37,878 nt of DNA, from assembly GCA_002256025.1 (NCBI GenBank), contig NKIB01015166.1:1-37878 (forward strand). Direction: 5' to 3'. This DNA comes from Asterionella formosa (taxonomy: Eukaryota). Positions 32,851 to 37,878 of the stretch are shown here, piece by piece. Made by a program: the position numbers and the translations under genes. Position 1 is the first letter of the stretch. The number at the start of each line of letters is the position of its first letter. Under the pieces are notes generated by a model. That model did no database searches. It saw only the letters and a list, made by a program, of their open reading frames with translations, and was not told the origin of the DNA.

Positions 32851-35259
32851 CTAGTTGAAAATTCCTTTCTCCTTCACCTCTGCAAACTCCTTTTCAAATA
32901 AGGAAATGACCATTCGGCGCTGCAATTTGTTGGCGGCAGTAAGACAGCCGTTTTCAGGGGTCCAGGGAGTAGTCAAAAAAGCGACAGCAATCAGTTTCTC
33001 CAAGTGACTAAGTTCCCCCTTTTTGTGCTCAACAGCAAAATCAACCATGACGGCATCATAGAGCTCCTTTGACTTCTTGACAGAATCAAAATCCCCAGCA
33101 AGACCATTGTCCTTGGCCCACTTCATAACCGTACCCTCACTCAGTTGCATTAGAGCGACCGGCCGGTCCATGTCACCATCACCATAGCAGCAGATTCCTC
33201 CGGCAACTGCATCAACAAATTTAGAATTCCCGTAAGTCATCTCCATTTTCTCTAAAGCAATGTACTCTCCGCCTTTAAGTTTGACAAGATTCTTCTTTCT
33301 ATCGACAACACGAACACTTCCATCTGACATGAACTGTCCAATATCTCCAGTCTGGAAGAAACCATCGTCCTGATAAACTTCCTTGGTTGCATCCGGCTGC
33401 ATGTAGTACCCCAAAGAGATGTTTGTTCCTTTGACAAGGACCTCCCCACGCCCCCAAACAGGATTTCCATAAACATCGTGACGGTCTGTGCTCATGTAGG
33501 GGAGACCAGCCTTATCGCAAACATCAGGGCAAGACGCCAACTTGACTTCAACCGAGGCAATCGGGACACCCGCAATACCTGGTCGAAGATCGTCGGAGGC
33601 TTGAATGGTCAATCCAGCGCAAGTTTCAGTCAAACCCTGTTTTACAAAAAAAGATGTTAGTCCTCCCCTCAATAGTAAATCGAAGGTCACACTCAGTTCA
33701 ATAGCAACGTACGTATCCCTGAATTAACGGCATTCCAAAGCAAGTGCGAATAAATTCTTGCACTTCAGCATTTAACGGTCCTCCACCAGATATTGCAAGA
33801 CGAAGACGACCACCAACAACTTTAGAAAACTTCTTGAATACGAGAGCCTTGAAAAATGGAGTATCGTACCCGTGTTTGATAGCAAACATACGAGCCTCAA
33901 AAGCAGTGTTTACAAGGAACTGACTAACGGGCGAGGCTTGGGATATCTTGGCCTGTACACCCTTTTTGATGACATCCCAGATCTTGGGGACGGCGGCCAT
34001 GACTGTGGGTGAATACTGTTCTAGCGCACCAATTGGGTATGCGCCAGTTGTAGTTAAGGTCTTTGGGCAAGCATAGCAAATGGCACATCCTTGCGAAATC
34101 ATACAGAACTCGGCCATGAGCTCTAAAATATGCGCCAAAGGCAGATATCCAAGGTAAACATCTTCCCCATTCTTGAGTCCAAGGGCGATTTCACCAGAAG
34201 CACAAGCCCCAAGAATGTGAGCATGAGTGACCACAACTCCCTTTGGCTTTCCTGTGGAGCCCGACGTATACATGATGACAGCACAAGAACCAGGCTTGGG
34301 AGGTGAAGGAGGAAAAGCTTTGACGTTTCCGGACTCAATAAAATCTTCAATAGAGACAATCGTGATGCCTTTGGGAGCAGTAGGAATCACAGTCTTGTCG
34401 TCCGGAGCAATGGCATCGCTTGTGTATATAATAACCTTGAGACACGGCATCTTGTTGATCCTTTCAGTTAGGATGGCAATGTTGGCTTTGTTGCAAACAA
34501 TGGCTTTGACATTGCACTCGTTGACAGCGTCAATAACAGCATCCAAACCGAGCGTTGCATAGATGGTGGTGACAATGAGACCCTGCGTAAACGCCCCCAT
34601 CGCAGCGATCATCCACTCAGGACAGGTGTTTTCAAAAATAGCAACCGTGCAGTGAGTTGTAATTTTGTTAAGAGTCGTAACGGTGGGAGCGGGATCAAGT
34701 CCTTCTTTGCGGAGAGCAGCACCGAACTTATGGCTGGCAGTTCCAACTTGTTCGAACGTGCGCCAATGGATTCCACCGAAATGCTTCACCTTGTCTGTCT
34801 TCATTCCCAAAAACTCACGTACCCCCATGCATGGACGATCCGCATAGCGAATAAAGGCATCGTTGGCCAAATCATAGAGACTATCAACTCCATCGCGAGG
34901 ATGATGGACAAGACACCCCTTAAATGCAGGATCAACGCGGTGCGACTCGTCATCTGCCACAGGAACAGAGCGCATGGGCTCTGACGAAAAAGCCTTTTTG
35001 ACCGCACCAATCCATCCAAAGGTGATCAACGTAATCTAGTGATATTGAACGGGAAAGAGGAAAAGTGAGGACCAGAGTGCAGCCATTCCGTGCATCCCAA
35101 GCACCAAGCACGAGTCGCGGCGACGGCCTGTGTTGAACTTTCCATTCACGACAGGTCCATCCCTAATGAGCGACCAAGCAACGATCGTTCCTAGCAGATA
35201 CTCACAAACAGATCAATTGCGATCAAAATGATCTTAAGGAGAAGGAAAAGGATCTCCAT
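32851..35259 (-). CDS. ACSL: Long-chain acyl-CoA synthetase (LACS/ACSL), 3 exons (35259-35206, 35035-33713, 33636-32851), about 720 aa
   Basis: AMP-binding IMYTSGSTGKPKGV, YLPLAHILE, QGY|GLTET joined by a phase-0 intron (33712-33637), and FQTGDIG..DRKKNLVKLKGGEYIALEK. Exon 1 MEILFLLLKIILIAIDLF with a GTGAGT donor supplies an N-terminal membrane anchor. Confidence 0.95.
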
Positions 35260-35508
35260 GGTTCCTAAAATCTTTGACTAATCAGTCGACTTCTGCTTTA
35301 TCACGTAGATATCAATTCTATTGATACTTTATGTAGACTGCTACAACATACCTGGTCAACTGTAAGAACGAGGAAAGATATGGTTCTCCTGGTAAACATT
35401 TATATATTCCGGTATGAATGATTATTATGTTTAATACTAGCATGATGAACTGCAGACCAAAGAAAGGTGGTGTCGTGATGTCAGCACTACCTGTTCCTCG
35501 TACAATGT

Positions 35509-35905
35509 AGTACCAGGCACCAATACTGCATAGATATGCACAGTACCTGGTACCAGGACCAGTACCTGGTACCCTGGTACCTGGTAGGAGGTAACCAGGT
35601 GAAGGTCCAGCAATCGAGATATTTAGCTAAATACTGTCGTAAGTAAAATAGTGTTCTAGTATCGGACCTTCCGAGGCACCTGGTACCAGTACCAGGTAGC
35701 AAGTAACGTAAATCGCGTATCATGCAGCCATTCTACCGATATGTATACCGGTATATGTATTCACCGGTAGTGCACGGGATCTCACCCCGTGAAGCACGCA
35801 CGGCGGAGTATTCTTGACTTTTTCTTGGACACAGGAGAAGACAATCATGCCAGGCGTGATGGCGAACAAGCCTGCCGTGCGCTTCAAAGTACCGGTATAC
35901 CGGTA
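35509..35905. promoter_or_regulatory. Divergent promoter region with three GGTACC/TACCGGTA clusters
   Basis: gtacctggtaccaggaccagtacctggtaccctggtacctggta (35543-35586), cctggtaccagtaccaggta (35679-35698) and gtaccggtataccggta (35889-35905), between ATG 35259(-) and ATG 36004(+). Confidence 0.6.
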
Positions 35906-36003
35906 TTTGGCGGCCCCTTTATATTGCTTAATAATATACTGAACTGAACTGTACTTATGTAGTGTACAGTACATAAAATAGTGCACACACACAAGAAACA
36001 AAA

Positions 36004-37878
36004 ATGGAGCAGCAAATGCCAGTGAATCCGTTCAGTGTTCCAGCTCCTGCTGGGGCAAATCCCTTTGAAAGCACCCCTTCACCGGCTATGGGAAGTCCTT
36101 CGTCAATAACCAGCAGAAATCCCTTTGATCCGTTCGCAACATTGCAGGTATCAGCGGACGTGATTGCTCCAGGACCCGGAACTCAGCCTCACCTTGCTGC
36201 CGTCAATCCGTTTGAAGGCCCGCAGCAGCAAGCTCCGGCTTCCTTTCCCCAGGCTATGAATAAGCCATCAAACATTCAGCAAACAATAACTGATCCGCTT
36301 CAGCAATCACAGCAGCCGCAGGCCTATGCGCAGCCGCAAGGCCCGCCGTTTGTGCAATCCTTTCCCCAAGTTCGCACTTCGAATGATCAGCAAACTCCTA
36401 TTGCCAACAACAATGCTGCATTGGTGGCATCTCAACAGGCTTCCAACCCTTATGCCGGCCTCGTATTTTCTCAGCAGCACGGGAATCCATTTGAGCACGC
36501 TCTAGTGCAGGTTGCAACACCTGCGGGGACCAACCAATGGGCCAATGCCCCTGCACAACCAGCATTGTTTGATCCGTATGCTGCCCCAGTTCAGCCTGCA
36601 TCTATTGCTAACCCTCCACAACCGCAACCCAACTATGATACGCACCAGCAAGTACCCTTGACGATGGAATTGGTGCCTAATAACTACCAGCAACCACCGC
36701 AACAGCTCGCCGCTCCACCAGAACCAGTGACTTTTGATGATCCACCCCATCACGAAGCAATAGTTCCATATGATGTGCAGGGTGAACATAGAAATATCGA
36801 ATCACGTGGTGAAATTGTCCCCTATCAGCCACAAAACGAATTAGGCACTGACATTGTCGTTGGTGGCGTACCCGAGCCACCTATTGGTTCGCCTATCAAC
36901 AAATACAGTCACGTTTTGGCGCAAAATGCTCCTCCAGGTTCCGCTCCTTTACCTAAGGGTGACCTTGTCCTCAAGTCTGGATATGTTCTAGGTCGTATTT
37001 CATTTCGCACTGTATTGATGAAGAAATGGAAGCAGGTATATTGGGTCCAGTACGGACCTCACACTATGCTCTGGTTTCGTTCGTATGCTGATTTTGACGA
37101 CTGGTTGAATAATCCCTATCTCACCCAGGATCAACGCAACTATCTTATCAAGTTAGCAGTCAATTTCGTCCATGATTTGTACAAACCCAATGTGCGAGGA
37201 TATCAGGTGACTCAAGCTCGATCAAAGGCGTATGGCAGGAAAATGCTAAAGCAATTCAAGTTGGAGCGTTGGATGGACTATGGCCCAACTATTGCTGGTG
37301 CGTTCGCATCGCATGATGCCAACGAGATTGATGACTTGCGACAAGCCATTGTGGAATGCATGAGAAATACTCCTCTTGGTGATGGCATACGTGCAACTGG
37401 CGCTGTACGCCAAGAACAATCATATGGTGAAGAAACGGAGCAGTATGCTCAGAATCGACGGTCATACGAAGCGCGAGACGATGATTCTCATGTCCATCCT
37501 TATTCAAACAATCGTGAGTGCAACTGAGCGTTTGATTTTGTAATTGATACGTTTATTTTCTAATCCGATCTTTCTACAGATGCTTACGGGGGACAAGGTG
37601 CTCCATCCCCCATTGAGACTATTCCACCTAAAGAAGTCGACTTATTAGGTGGCTTTGATGGTGACGATGATGGATCAATTAGTAATTATAGTCAGGGCCC
37701 CGGGTTCTATGGCGTGAACGGATTTGAATCAGCTCAGCGAGCACCACAGGGATACGCTTCACAACACCAGCAGGTATCTCATCATCAAGGGTACCCTCCA
37801 CGGCCACAGCAGGTAGCATCGCCAGCTCCCCACCTAGGATACCCTCCGCAACCACAGCAGGTAGCACTGCCAGCTCCC
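36004..37878 (+). CDS. NPF/DPF-rich, Pro/Gln-rich protein with a PH-like domain (putative endocytic adaptor); exons 36004-37513 and 37580 to beyond 37878, 3' truncated
   Basis: Five NPF motifs and a DPF in the N-terminus, and a folded region LKSGYVLGRISFRTVLMKKWKQVYWVQ. The GTGAGT..CAG intron 37514-37579 keeps the frame open to the window edge (HAYGGQG..EVDLLGGFD..GYPPQPQQ). Confidence 0.8.
37748..37878 (+). repeat. Coding tandem repeat, about 42-48 nt unit (GYPPxPQQVAxPAPHL)
   Basis: gg.taccctcc.c..ccacagcaggtagca..gccagctccc repeats up to the window end. Confidence 0.75.

Noticed and set aside
35487..36001. Minus-strand ORFs in the divergent promoter
   Set aside because: Short, composed of GGTACC-repeat translations, and located between two well-supported genes.

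Overview
Eukaryotic nuclear DNA with short GT-AG introns. The gene and transposon families suggest a diatom or related stramenopile (inference). Eight host genes sit in small islands: an Erv46/ERGIC-family protein, a PH-like/C2/MCTP-type membrane protein, LSM3, an SGNH hydrolase, RRS1, an SH3BGR-like protein, a long-chain acyl-CoA synthetase, and an NPF-rich PH-like protein that runs off the right edge. The islands are separated by blocks of decayed mobile DNA: a rearranged RNase H-bearing non-LTR retrotransposon, several MITEs, a Plavaka/CMC-like element carrying Ulp1-like protease and KOW-motif pseudogenes, and a pogo-family transposon carrying a HIRAN-like CxxHxCC cargo gene (two copies). 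The most striking unexplained signal is a self-complementary (GGTACCW)n/TACCGGTA micro-repeat. It clusters upstream of every host gene and two cargo ORFs, but not in coding regions or at 3' ends. All domain calls come from reading motifs by eye; no searches were run.
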